A DNA stretch of 64,000 bases from Eledone cirrhosa (taxonomy: Eukaryota), in NCBI GenBank assembly GCA_964016885.1, contig OZ024743.1, forward strand, positions 133,982,001 through 134,046,000, in the 5' to 3' direction. A program made the translations under genes and the position numbers. This document shows positions 39,660 through 52,400 of the stretch, one piece after another. The stretch's first letter is position 1. Every line of letters begins with the position of its first letter. The notes beneath the pieces are model-generated. The model saw nothing but the letters and a program-made list of their open reading frames with translations, had not been told where the DNA came from and searched no databases.

Positions 39660-40915
39660 TGCTTGGTGTTTGGTGCTTGGTGTTTGGTGTTTGGTGCTTG
39701 GTGCTTGGTGTTTGGTGGTTGGTGCTTGGTGCTTGGTGCTTGGTGTTTGGTGTTTGGTGCTTGGTGTTTGGTGTTTGGTGTTTGGTGCTTGGTGTTTGGT
39801 GTTTGGTGCCTGGTGTTTGGTGTTTATTGCTTGTTGCTTGGTGCTTGGTGCTTGGTGTTTGGTGTTTGGTGCTTGGGGTTTGGTGCTGGGTGCTTGGTGT
39901 TTGGTACTTGGTGCTTGGTGCTTGGTGCTTGGTGTTTCGTGTTTGGTGCTGGGTGCTTGGTGTTTGGTGTTTGGTGTTATATGCTTGGTGTTTGATGCTT
40001 AGTGCTTGGTGCTTGGTGTTTGGTGTTTGGTGCTTGGTGTTTGCTGCTTGGTGTTTGATGCTTGGTGCTTGGTACTTGGTGTTTGGTGCTTGGTGCTTGG
40101 TGTTTGTACTTGGTGCTTGGTGCTTGGTTCTTGGTGTTTGGTGCTTGGTGCTTGGTGCTTGGTGCTTTGTGTTTGGTGCTTGGTGTTTGGTGCTTGGTGT
40201 TTGGTGCTTGGTGCCTGCTGCTTGGTGCTTGGTGTTTGGTGTTTGGTGTTTGGGGCTTGGTGTTAGGTGTTTGGTGCTTGGTGCTTGGTGTTTGGTGTTT
40301 GGTGCTTGGTGTTTGGTGCTTGGTGCTTGGTGCTTGGTGTTTGGTGTTTGGTGCTTGGTGCTTGGTGCTTGGTGTTTGGTGTTTGGTGCTTGGTGTTTGG
40401 TGTTTGGTGTTTGGTGCTTGGTGTTTGGTGTTTGGTGCCTGGTGTTTGGTGTTTATTGCTTGTTGCTTGGTGCTTGGTGCTTGGTGTTTGGTGTTTGGTG
40501 CTTGGGGTTTGGTGCTGGGTGCTTGGTGTTTGGTGCTTGGTGCTTGGTGCTTGGTTCTTGGTGTTTCGTGTTTGGTGCTGGGTGCTTGGTGTTTCGTGTT
40601 TGGTGTTATATGCTTGGTGTTTGATGCTTAGTGCTTGGTGCTTGGTGTTTGGTGTTTGGTGCTTGGTGTTTGCTGCTTGGTGTTTGATGCTTGGTGCTTG
40701 GTACTTGGTGTTTGGTGCTTGGTGCTTGGTGTTTGTACTTGGTGCTTGGTGCTTGGTTCTTGGTGTTTGGTGCTTGGTGCTTGGTGCTTGGTGCTTTGTG
40801 TTTGGTGCTTGGTGTTTGGTGCTTGGTGTTTGGTGCTTGGTGCCTGCTGCTTGGTGCTTGGTGTTTGGTGTTTGGTGTTTGGGGCTTGGTGTTAGGTGTT
40901 TGGTGCTTGGTGCTT
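39660..40915 (+). repeat. 629-bp tandem duplication (90 units including one 6-bp unit), carried into later copies at ~47.5-48.8 kb and ~56.8-58.0 kb
   Basis: ORF pairs 40006/40635, 40062/40691, 47873/48502 and 57140/57769 all give offset 629. The marker TTATATGCTTGGTGTTTGATGCTTAG is doubled. Confidence 0.88.
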
Positions 40916-43859
40916 GGTGTTTGCTGTTTGGTGTTTGGTGTTTGGTGCTTGGTGTTTGGTGCTTGGTACTTGGTGCTTGGTGCTTGGTGTTAGGTGTTTG
41001 GTGCTTGGTGCTTGGTGTTTGGTTTTTGGTGCTTGGTGCTTGGTGTTTGGTGTTTGGTGCTTGCTGCTGGCTGCTTGGTGCTTGGTGATTGGTGCTTGGT
41101 GTTTGGTGCTTGGTGTTTGGTGTTTGGTGCTAGGTGCTTGGTGCTTGGTGTTTGGTGCTTGGTGCTTGGTGTTTGGTGTTTGGTGTTTGGTGCTTGGTGC
41201 TTGGTGTTTGGTGCTTGGTGCTTGGTGCTGGGTGGTTGGTGTTTGGTGCTTGGTGTTTGGTGCTGGGTGCTTGGTGTTTGGTGCTTGGTGTTTGGTGCTT
41301 GGTGTTTGGTGTTTGGTGCTTGGTGCTTGGTGTTTGGTGCTTGGTTCTTGGTGTTTGGTGCTTGGTGCTTAGTGTTTGGTGCTAGGTGCTTGGGGTTTGG
41401 TGTTTGGTGCTTGGTGTTTGGTGCTTGGTGCTTGGTGTTTGGTGTTTGGTGTTTGGTGCTTGGTGCTTGGTATTTGGTGTTTGCTGTTTGCTGTTTGGTG
41501 TTTGTTGTTTGGTGTTTGTTGTTTGGTGTTTGGTGTTTGCTGTTTGGTGTCTGCTTTTTGGTGTTTGGTGTTTGCTGTATGTTGTTTGCTGTTTGGTGTT
41601 TGGTGTTTGGTATTTGGTGTTTGGTGCTTGGTGCTTGGTGTTTGGTGCTTGGTGCTTGGTGTTTGGTGCCTGGTGCTTGGTGCTTGGTGCTTGGAGTTTG
41701 GTGTTTGGTGCTTGTTGCTTGGTGTTTTGTGTTTGGTGTTTGGTTTTTGGTGCTTGGTGCTTGGTGCTTGGTCCTTGGTGTTTGATGCTGGGTGCTTTGT
41801 GTTTGGTGCTTGGTGCTTCGTGCTTGGTGTTTGGTGTTTGCTGCTTGGTGTTTGGTGCTTGGTGCTTGGTGTTTGGTGTTTTGAGTTTGGTGCTTGGTGC
41901 TTGGTGTTTGGTGCTTTGTGCTTGGTGCTTGGTGTTTTTACTTGGTGCTTGGTGCTTGGTGTTTGGTTCTTGGTTCTTGGTGTTTGGTACTTGGTGCTTG
42001 GTGCTTGGTGTTTGGTGCTTGGTGTTTGGTGCTTGTTGCTTGGTGTTTGGTGCTTGGTGTTTGGTGTTTGGTACTTGGTGCTTGGTGTTTGGTGTTTGGT
42101 GTTTGGTGTTTGCTGTTTGGTGTTTGGTGTTTGCTGTTTGCTGTTTGGTGTCTGCTTTTTGGTGTTTGGTGTTTGCTGTATGGTGTTTGCTGTTTTGGTG
42201 TTTGGTGTTTGCTGTTTGGTGTTTGGTCTTTGGTGCTTGGTGTTTGGTGTTTGGTGCTTGGTGCTTGGTGCTTGGTGTTTGGTGTTTGGTGCTTGGTGTC
42301 TGGTGCTTAGTGTTTGGTGTTTGGTGCTTGGTGTTTGGTGTTTGGTGTTTGGTGCTTGGTGCTTGGTGTTTGGTGTTTGGTGCTTGGTGTTTGGTGTTTG
42401 GTGCTTGTTGCTTGGTGATTGGTGCTTGGTGTTTGGTGCTTGGTGCTTGGTGTTTGGTGCTGGGTGCTGGGTGCTTGGTGTTTGGTGCTTGGTGCTTGGT
42501 GCTTGGTGTTTGGTGCTTAGTGCTTTGTGCTTGGTCTTTGGTGCTTGGTGTTTGCTGTTTGGTGCTTGGTGCTTGGTGCTTGGTGTTTGGTGCTTGGTGA
42601 TTAGTGTTTGGTGCTTGGTACTTGGTGTTTGGTGCTTGCTGTTTGGTGTTTGCTGTTTGGTGTTTGGTGTTTGGTGTTTGCTGTTTGGTGTCTGCTTTTT
42701 GGTGTTTGGTGTTTGCTGTATGGTGTCTGCTGTTTCGTGTTTGGTGTTTGCTGTTTGGTGTTTGGTGCTTGGTGCTTGGTGTTTGGTGCTTGGTGCTTGG
42801 TGCTCGGTGGTTGGTGTTTGGTGCTTGGTGTTTGGTGCTGGGTGCTTGGTGTTTGGTGCTTGGTGCTTGGTGTTTGGTGCTTGGTGTTTGGTGTTTGGTG
42901 CTTGGTGCTTGGTGTTTGGTGCTTGGTGCTTGGTGTTTGGTGCTTGGTGCTTAGTGTTTGGTGCTAGGTGCTTGGGGTTTGGTGTTTGGTGCTTGGTGTT
43001 TGGTGCTTGATGCTTGGTGATTGGTGTTTGGTGTTAGGTGTTTGGTGCTTGGTGCTTGGTGTTTGGTGCTTGGTGCTTGGTGTTTGGTGTTTGGTGCCTG
43101 GTGATTGGTGCTTGGTGTATGGTGCTTGGTGCTTGGTGTTTGGTGCTAGGTGCTTGGTGCTTGGTGCTTGGTGTTTGGTGCTTGGTGTTTGGTGCTTGGC
43201 ACTTGGGGCTTGGTGTTTGGTGCTTGGTGCTTGGTGCTTGGTGTTTGGTTCTTGGTGCTTGGTGTTTGGTGTTTGGTGCTTGGTGTTTGGTGCTTGGTGT
43301 TTGGTGCTTGGTGCTTGGTGTTTGGTGCTTGGTGCTTGGTGCTTGGTGTTTGGTGCTTGGTGCTTGGTGCTTGGTCTTTGGTGCTTGGTGTTTGGTGTTT
43401 GGTGCTTGGTGCTTGGTGTTTGGTGCTTGGTGCTTGGTGATTAGTGTTTGGTGCTTGCTGCTTGGGGTTTGGTGTTTGGTGCTTGGTGCTTGGTGTTTGG
43501 TGCTTGGTGCTTGGTGTTTGGTGCTTGGTGTTTGGTTTTTGCTGTTTGGTGTTTGGTGTTTGGTGTTTGCTGTTTGCTGTTGGCTTTTTGATGTTTGGTG
43601 TTTGCTGTATGGTGTTTGCTGTTTCGTGTTTATTGTTTGCTGTTTGGTGTTTGGTGTTTGGTTTTTGCTGTTTCCTGTTTGGTCTTTAGTCTTTGGTGCT
43701 TGGTGTTTGGTGCTTGGTGCTTGGTGTTTGGTATTTGGTGCTTGGTGTTTGGTGCTTGGTGCTTGGTACTTGTTGTTTGGTGATTGGTGCTTGGTGCTTG
43801 GTGTTTGGTGTTTGATGCTTGGTGTTTGGTGTTTGGTGCTTGGTGCTTCGTGTTTGGTC

Positions 43860-46400
43860 TTTGATGCTTGGTGCTTGATGTTTGGTGCTTGGTGCTTGGT
43901 GTTTGTACTTGTTGCTTGGTGCTTGATGTTTGGTGCTTGGTTTTTGGTGCTTGGTGTTTGGTGTTTGCTGTTTGCTGTTTGGTGCTTGGTGTTTGCTGTT
44001 TGGTGTTTGTTGTTTGGTGTTTGCTGTTTGGTGTTTGCTGTTTGGTGTTTGGTGCTTGCTGTTTGGTGCTTGGTGTTTGGTGCTTGGTGCTTAGTGTTTG
44101 GTGTTTGGTGTTTGGTGCTTGGTGCTTGGGGCTTGGTGTTTGGTGCTTGGTGCTTGGTGCTTGGTGCTTGGTGTTTGGTGCATGGTGCTTGGTGCTTGGT
44201 GTTTGTCGCTTGGTGCTTGGTGCTTGGTGTTTGGTGCTTGGTGTTTGGTGTTTGGTGCTTGGTGTTTGGTGTTTGGTGTTTGGTGTTTGAATTTTGCTGT
44301 TTGGTGTTTGCTGTTTGCTGTTTGGTGTCTGCTTTTTGGTGTTTGGTGTTTTCTGTATGGTGTTTGCTGTTTCGTGTTTGGTGTTTGCTGTTTGGTGTTT
44401 GCTGTTTGCTGTTTGGTGTTTGGTGCTTGGTGCTTGGTGCTTGGTGTTTGGTGTTTGGTGCTTGGTGTTTGGTGTTTGGTGCTTGGTGCTTGGATTTTGG
44501 TGCTTGGTGCCTGGTGCTTGGTGTTTGGTGTTTGATGCGTGGTGCTTGATGCTTGGTGCTTGGTGTTTGGTGCTTGGTGCTTGGTGTTTGTACTTGTTAC
44601 TTGGTGCTTAGTGTCTGGTGTTTGGTGCTTGGTGTCTGGTGTTTTGTGCTTGGTGTTTGGTGTTTGGTGCTTGGTGCTTGGTGTTTGGTGTTTGGTGCTT
44701 GGTGCTTGGTGTTAGGTGTTTAGTGCTTGGTGTTTGGTGTTTGGTGCTTGGTGCTTGGTGTTTGTTGCTTGGTACTTGGTGCATGGTGTTTGGTGCTGGG
44801 TGCTTGGTGTTTGGTGCTTGGTGTTTGGTGCTTGGTGCTTGGTGTTTGGTGTTTGGTGTTTGATGCTTGGTGCTTGGTGCTTGGTGTTTGGTGCTTGGTG
44901 TTTGTACTTGGTGCTTGGTGCTTGGTGTTTTGTGCTTAGTTCTTGGTGTTTGGTGTTTGGTGCTTGGTGCTTGGTGCTTGGTGTTAGGTGTTTGGTGCTT
45001 GGTGCTTGGTGTTTGGTCTTTGGTGCTTGGTGTTTGGTGCTTGGTGCTTGGTGTTTGCTGTTTGGTGCTAGATGCTTGGTGCTTGGTGTTTGGTGTTTGG
45101 TGTTTGGTGTTTGGTGCTTCGTGCTTGGGGTTTGGTGTTTGGTGCTTGGTGCTTGGTGCTTGGTCTTTGGTGCTTGGTGCTTGGTCTTTGGTGCTTGGTG
45201 CTTGGTGTTTGGTGTTTCGTGTTTGGTGCTTGGTGCTTGGTGTTTGGTGCTTGGTGCTTGGTGCTGGGTGGTTGGTATTTGGTGCTTGGTGCTTGGTGTT
45301 TGGTGCTTGGTGCTTGGTGCTTGGTGTTTGGTGCTTGGTGCTTGGTGCTTGGTCTTTGGTGCTTGGTGTTTGGTGTTTGGTGCTTGGTGCTTCGTGTTTG
45401 GTGTTTGATGCTTGGTGCTTGATGTTTGGTGCTTGGTGCTTGGTGTTTGGTGCTTGGTGCTTGGTGTTTGTACTTGTTGCTTGGTGCTTGATGTTTGGTG
45501 CTTGGTTTTTGGTGCTTGGTGTTTGGTGTTTGCTGTTTGCTGTTTGGTGCTTGGTGTTTGCTGTTTGGTGTTTGTTGTTTGGTGTTTGCTGTTTGGTGTT
45601 TGCTGTTTGGTGTTTGGTGCTTGCTGTTTGGTGCTTGGTGTTTGGTGCTTGGTGCTTAGTGTTTGGTGTTTGGTGCTTGGTGCTTGGGGCTTGGTGTTTG
45701 GTGCTTGGTGCTTGGTGCTTGGTGCTTGGTGTTTGGTGCATGGTGCTTGGTGCTTGGTGTTTGTCGCTTGGTGCTTGGTGCTTGGTGTTTGGTGCTTGGT
45801 GTTTGGTGTTTGGTGCTTGGTGTTTGGTGTTTGGTGTTTGGTGTTTGAATTTTGCTGTTTGGTGTTTGCTGTTTGCTGTTTGGTGTCTGCTTTTTGGTGT
45901 TTGGTGTTTTCTGTATGGTGTTTGCTGTTTCGTGTTTGGTGTTTGCTGTTTGGTGTTTGCTGTTTGCTGTTTGGTGTTTGGTGCTTGGTGCTTGGTGCTT
46001 GGTGTTTGGTGTTTGGTGCTTGGTGTTTGGTGTTTGGTGCTTGGTGCTTGGATTTTGGTGCTTGGTGCCTGCTGCTTGGTGTTTGGTGTTTGATGCTTGG
46101 TGCTTGATGCTTGGTGCTTGGTGTTTGGTGCTTGGTGCTTGGTGTTTGTACTTGTTACTTGGTGCTTGGTGTCTGGTGTTTGGTGCTTGGTGTCTGGTGT
46201 TTTGTGCTTGGTGTTTGGTGTTTGGTGCTTGGTGCTTGGTGTTTGGTGTTTGGTGCTTGGTGCTTGGTGTTTGGTGTTTAGTGCTTGGTGTTTGGTGTTT
46301 GGTGCTTGGTGCTTGGTGTTTGTTGCTTGGTACTTGGTGCATGGTGTTTGGTGCTGGGTGCTTGGTGTTTGGTGCTTGGTGTTTGGTGCTTGGTGCTTGG
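43860..46400 (+). repeat. Segment repeated at ~1558-bp offset, carrying the TTGAATTTTGC marker
   Basis: ORF pairs 44294/45852 and 44727/46285 give offset 1558. The marker lies at ~44287 and ~45845 (also ~37341 and ~55552). Confidence 0.8.
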
Positions 46401-49400
46401 TGTTTGGTGTTTGGTGCTTGGTGTTTGGTGCTTGGTACTTGGTGCTTGGTGCTTGGTGTTAGGTGTTTGGTGCTTGGTGCTTGGTGTTTGATTTTTGGTG
46501 CTTGGTGCTTGGTGTTTGGTGCTTGGTGTTTGTACTTGGTGCTTGGTGCTTGGTGTTTTGTGCTTAGTTCTTGGTGTTTGGTGTTTGGTGCTTGGTGCTT
46601 GGTGCTTGGTGTTAGGTGTTTGGTGCTTGGTGCTTGGTGTTTGCTGTTTGGTGCTAGATGCTTGGTGCTTGGTGTTTGGTGTTTGGTGTTTGGTGTTTGG
46701 TGCTTCGTGCTTGGGGTTTGGTGTTTGGTGCTTGGTGCTTGGTGCTTGGTCTTTGGTGCTTGGTGCTTGGTGTTTGGTATTTCGTGTTTGGTACTTGGTG
46801 TTTGGTGCTTGGTGCTTGGTGCTGGGTGGTTGGTATTTGGTGCTTGGTGCTTGGTGTTTGGTGCTTGGTGCTTGGTGCTTGGTGTTTGGTGCTTGGTGCT
46901 TGGTGTTTGTTGTTTGGTGCTTTCTGCTTGCTGCTTGGTGTTTGGTGCTTGGTCATTGGTGCTTGGTGTTTGGTGCTTGGTGCTTGGTGTTTGCTGTTTG
47001 GTGCTAGATGCTTGGTGCTTGGTGTTTGGTGTTTGGTGTTTGGTGTTTGGTGCTTCGTGCTTGGGGTTTGGTGTTTGGTGCTTGGTGCTTGGTGCTTGGT
47101 CTTTGGTGCTTGGTGCTTGGTGTTTGGTGTTTCGTGTTTGGTGCTTGGTGCTTGGTGTTTGGTGTTTGGTGCTTGGTGCTTGGTGCTTGGTGTTTGGTGC
47201 TTGGTGCTTGGTGCTTGGTCTTTGGTGCTTGGTGTTTGGTGTTTGGTGCTTGGTGCTTGGTGCTTGGTGTTTGGTGCTTGGTGATTAGTGTTTGGTGCTT
47301 GGTGCTTGGGGTTTGGTGTTTGGTGCTTGGTGCTTGGTGTTTGGTGCTTGGTACTTGGTGTTTGGTGCTTGGTGTTTGGTGTTTGCTGTTTGGTGTTTGG
47401 TGTTTGGTGTTTGCTGTTTGGTGTCTGCTTTTTGGTGTTTGGTGTTTGCTGTATGGTGTTTGCTGTTTCGTGTTTGGTGTTTGCTGTTTGGTGTTTGGTG
47501 TTTGCTGTTAGGTGGTTGGTCTTTGGTGCTTGGTGTTTGGTGCTTGGTGTTTGGTGTTTGGTGCTTGGTGCTTGGTGTTTGGTGTTTGGTGTTTGGTGCT
47601 TGGTGCTTGGTGTTTGGTGTTTGGTGCTTGGTGTTTGGTGTTTGGTGTTTGGTGCTTGGTGTTTGGTGTTTGGTGCCTGGTGTTTGGTGTTTATTGCTTG
47701 TTGCTTGGTGCTTGGTGCTTGGTGTTTGGTGTTTGGTGCTTGGGGTTTGGTGCTGGGTGCTTGGTGTTTGGTGCTTGGTGCTTGGTGCTTGGTGCTTGGT
47801 GTTTCGTGTTTGGTGCTGGGTGATTGGTGTTTGGTGTTTGGTGTTATATGCTTGGTGTTTGATGCTTAGTGCTTGGTGCTTGGTGTTTGGTGTTTGGTGC
47901 TTGGTGTTTGCTGCTTGGTGTTTGATGCTTGGTGCTTGGTACTTGGTGTTTGGTGCTTGGTGCTTGGTGTTTGTACTTGGTGCTTGGTGCTTGGTTCTTG
48001 GTGTTTGGTGCTTGGTGCTTGGTGCTTGGTGCTTTGTGTTTGGTGCTTGGTGTTTGGTGCTTGGTGTTTGGTGCTTGGTGCCTGCTGCTTGGTGCTTGGT
48101 GTTTTGTGTTTGGTGTTTGGGGCTTGGTGTTAGGTGTTTGGTGCTTGGTGCTTGGTGTTTGGTGTTTGGTGCTTGGTGTTTGGTGCTTGGTGCTTGGTGC
48201 TTGGTGTTTGGTGTTTGGTGCTTGGTGCTTGGTGCTTGGTGTTTGGTGTTTGGTGCTTGGTGTTTGGTGTTTGGTGTTTGGTGCTTGGTGTTTGGTGTTT
48301 GGTGCCTGGTGTTTGGTGTTTATTGCTTGTTGCTTGGTGCTTGGTGCTTGGTGTTTGGTGTTTGGTGCTTGGGGTTTGGTGCTGGGTGCTTGGTGTTTGG
48401 TGCTTGGTGCTTGGTGCTTGGTGCTTGGTGTTTCGTGTTTGGTGCTGGGTGCTTGGTGTTTCGTGTTTGGTGTTATATGCTTGGTGTTTGATGCTTAGTG
48501 CTTGGTGCTTGGTGTTTGGTGTTTGGTGCTTGGTGTTTGCTGCTTGGTGTTTGATGCTTGGTGCTTGGTACTTGGTGTTTGGTGCTTGGTGCTTGGTGTT
48601 TGTACTTGGTGCTTGGTGCTTGGTTCTTGGTGTTTGGCGCTTGGTGCTTGGTGCTTGGTGCTTTGTGTTTGGTGCTTGGTGTTTGGTGCTTGGTGTTTGG
48701 TGCTTGGTGCCTGTGCTTGGTGCTTGGTGTTTGGTGTTTGGTGTTTGGGGCTTGGTGTTAGGTGTTTGGTGCTTGGTGCTTGGTGTTTGGTGTTTGGTGC
48801 TTGGTGTTTGGTGCTTGGTGCTTGGTGTTTGGTGTTTGGTGCTTGGTGTTTGGTGCTTGGTACTTGGTGCTTGGTGCTTGGTGTTAGGTGTTTGGTGCTT
48901 GGTGCTTGGTGTTTGGTTTTTGGTGCTTGGTGCTTGGTGTTTGGTGTTTGGTGCTTGCTGCTGGCTGCTTGGTGCTTGGTGATTGGTGCTTGGTGTTTGG
49001 TGCTTGGTGTTTGGTGTTTGGTGCTAGGTGCTTGGTGCTTGGTGTTTGGTGCTTGGTGCTTGGTGTTTGGTGTTTGGTGTTTGGTGCTTGGTGCTTGGTG
49101 TTTGGTGCTTGGTGCTTGGTGCTGGGTGGTTGGTGTTTGGTGCTTGGTGTTTGGTGCTGGGTGCTTGGTGTTTGGTGCTTGGTGTTTGGTGCTTGGTGTT
49201 TGGTGTTTGGTGCTTGGTGCTTGGTGTTTGGTGCTTGGTTCTTGGTGTTTGGTGCTTGGTGCTTAGTGTTTGGTGCTAGGTGCTTGGGGTTTGGTGTTTG
49301 GTGCTTGGTGTTTGGTGCTTGGTGCTTGGTGTTTGGTGTTTGGTGTTTGGTGCTTGGTGCTTGGTATTTGGTGTTTGCTGTTTGCTGTTTGGTGTTTGTT

Positions 49401-52400
49401 GTTTGGTGTTTGTTGTTTGGTGTTTGGTGTTTGCTGTTTGGTGTCTGCTTTTTGGTGTTTGGTGTTTGCTGTATGTTGTTTGCTGTTTGGTGTTTGGTGT
49501 TTGGTATTTGGTGTTTGGTGCTTGGTGCTTGGTGTTTGGTGCTTGGTGCTTGGTGTTTGGTGCCTGGTGCTTGGTGCTTGGTGTTTGGTGTTTGGTGCTT
49601 GGTGCTTGGTGCTTGGAGTTTGGTGTTTGGTGCTTGTTGCTTGGTGTTTTGTGTTTGGTGTTTGGTTTTTGGTGCTTGGTGCTTGGTGCTTGGTCCTTGG
49701 TGTTTGATGCTGGGTGCTTTGTGTTTGGTGCTTGGTGCTTCGTGCTTGGTGTTTGGTGTTTGCTGCTTGGTGTTTGGTGCTTGGTGCTTGGTGTTTGGTG
49801 TTTTGAGTTTGGTGCTTGGTGCTTTGTGTTTGGTGCTTTGTGCTTGGTGCTTGGTGCTTTTACTTGGTGCTTGGTGCTTGGTGTTTGGTTCTTGGTTCTT
49901 GGTGTTTGGTACTTGGTGCTTGGTGCTTGGTGTTTGGTGCTTGGTGTTTGGTGCTTGTTGCTTGGTGTTTGGTGCTTGGTGTTTGGTGTTTGGTGCCTGG
50001 TGCTTGGTGTTTGGTGTTTGGTGTTTGGTGTTTGCTGTTTGGTGTTTGGTGTTTGCTGTTTGCTGTTTGGCGTCTGCTTTTTGGTGTTTGGTGTTTGCTG
50101 TATGGTGTTTGCTGTTTTGGTGTTTGGTGTTTGCTGTTTGGTGTTTGGTCTTTGGTGCTTGGTGTTTGGTGTTTGGTGCTTGGTGCTTGGTGCTTGGTGT
50201 TTGGTGTTTGGTGCTTGGTGTCTGGTGCTTGGTGTTTGGTGTTTGGTGCTTGGTGTTTGGTGTTTGGTGTTTGGTGCTTGGTGCTTGGTGTTTGGTGTTT
50301 GGTGCTTGGTGTTTGGTGTTTGGTGCTTGTTGCTTGGTGCTTGGTGCTTGGTGTTTGGTGCTTGGTGCTTGGTGTTTGGTGCTGGGTGCTGGGTGCTTGG
50401 TGTTTGGTGCTTGGTGCTTGGTGCTTGGTGTTTGGTGCTTGGTGCTTTGTGCTTGGTCTTTGGTGCTTGGTGTTTGCTGTTTGGTGCTTGGTGCTTGGTG
50501 CTTGGTGTTTGGTGCTTGGTGATTAGTGTTTGGTGCTTGGTACTTGGTGTTTGGTGCTTGCTGTTTGGTGTTTGCTGTTTGGTGTTTGGTGTTTGGTGTT
50601 TGCTGTTTGGTGTCTGCTTTTTGGTGTTTGGTGTTTGCTGTATGGTGTCTGCTGTTTCGTGTTTGGTGTTTGCTGTTTGGTGTTTGGTGCTTGGTGCTTG
50701 GTGTTTGGTGCTTGGTGCTTGGTGCTCGGTGGTTGGTGTTTGGTGCTTGGTGTTTGGTGCTGGGTGCTTGGTGTTTGGTGCTTGGTGCTTGGTGTTTGGT
50801 GCTTGGTGTTTGGTGTTTGGTGCTTGGTGCTTGGTGTTTGGTGCTTGGTGCTTGGTGTTTGGTGCTTGGTGCTTAGTGTTTGGTGCTAGGTGCTTGGGGT
50901 TTGGTGTTTGGTGCTTGGTGTTTGGTGCTTGGTGCTTGGTGTTTGGTGTTTGGTGTTCGGTGCTTGGTGCTTGGTATTTGGTGTTTGATGTTTGCTGTTT
51001 GGTGTTTGTTGTTTGGTGTTTGTTGTTTGGTGTTTGCTGTTTGGTGTTTGGTGTTTGGTGTTTGCTGTTTGGTGTCTGCTTTTTGGTGTTTGGTGTTTGC
51101 TGTATGTTGTTTGCTGTTTGGTGTTTGGTGTTTGGTATTTGGTGTTTGGTGCTTGGTGCTTGGTGTTTGGTGCTTGGATCTTGGTGCTTGGTGCCTGGTG
51201 TTTGGTGTTTATTGCTTGTTGCTTGGTGCTTGGTGCTTGGTGTTTGGTGTTTGGTGCTTGGGGTTTGGTGCTGGGTGCTTGGTGTTTGGTGCATGGTGCT
51301 TGGTGCTTGGTGTTTGGTGTTATATGCTTGGTGTTTGATGCTTGGTGCTTGGTGCTTGGTGTTTGGTGTTTGGTGCTTGGTGTTTGATGCTTGGTGTTTG
51401 ATGCTTGGTGCTTGGTGCTTGGTGTTTGTTGCTTGGTGCTTGGTGTTTGTACTTGGTGCTTGGTGCTTGGTTCTTGGTGTTTGGTGCTTGGTGCTTGGTG
51501 CTTTGTGTTTGGTGCTTGGTGCCTGTTGCTTGGTGCTTGGTGTTTGGTGTTTGGTGTTTGGTGCTTGGTGTTAGGTGTTTGGTGCTTGGTGTTTGGTGCT
51601 GGGTGCTTGGTGTTTGGTGCTTGGTGTTTGGTGCTTGGTGTTTGGTGTTTGGTGCTTGGTGCTTGGTGTTTGGTGCTTGGTTCTTGGTGTTTGGTGCTTG
51701 GTGCTTAGTGTTTGGTGCTAGGTGCTTGGGGTTTGGTGTTTGGTGCTTGGTGTTTGGTGCTTGGTGCTTGGTGTTTGGTGTTTGGTGTTTGGTGCTTGGT
51801 GCTTGGTATTTGGTGTTTGCTGTTTGCTGTTTGGTGTTTGTTGTTTGGTGTTTGTTGTTTGGTGTTTGGTGTTTGCTGTTTGGTGTCTGCTTTTTGGTGT
51901 TTGGTGTTTGCTGTATGTTGTTTGCTGTTTGGTGTTTGGTGTTTGGTATTTCGTGTTTGGTGCTTGGTGCTTGGTGTTTGGTGCTTGGTGCTTGGTGTTT
52001 GGTGCCTGGTGCTTGGTGCTTGGTGTTTGGTGTTTGGTGCTTGGTGCTTGGTGCTTGGAGTTTGGTGTTTGGTGCTTGTTGCTTGGTGTTTTGTGTTTGG
52101 TGCTTTGTGTTTGGTGCTTGGTGCTTCGTGCTTGGTGTTTGGTGTTTGCTGCTTGGTGTTTGGTGCTTGGTGCTTGGTGTTTGGTGTTTTGAGTTTGGTG
52201 CTTGGTGCTTGGTGTTTGGTGCTTTGTGCTTGGTGCTTGGTGCTTTTACTTGGTGCTTGGTGCTTGGTGTTTGGTTCTTGGTTCTTGGTGTTTGGTACTT
52301 GGTGCTTGGTGCTTGGTGTTTGGTGCTTGGTGTTTGGTGCTTGTTGCTTGGTGTTTGGTGCTTGGTGTTTGGTGTTTGGTGCTTGGTGCTTGGTGTTTGG

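Larger units (their letters stand above)
36130..50920 (+). repeat. Older tandem duplication (~36.1-43.0 kb vs ~43.0-50.9 kb) with internal rearrangements
   Basis: ORF pairs 36169/43038 and 36575/43444 (6869); 36922/43868 and 37781/44727 (6946); 39421/47288 (7867); 41376/49270 (7894); 42604/50526 (7922). Confidence 0.85.
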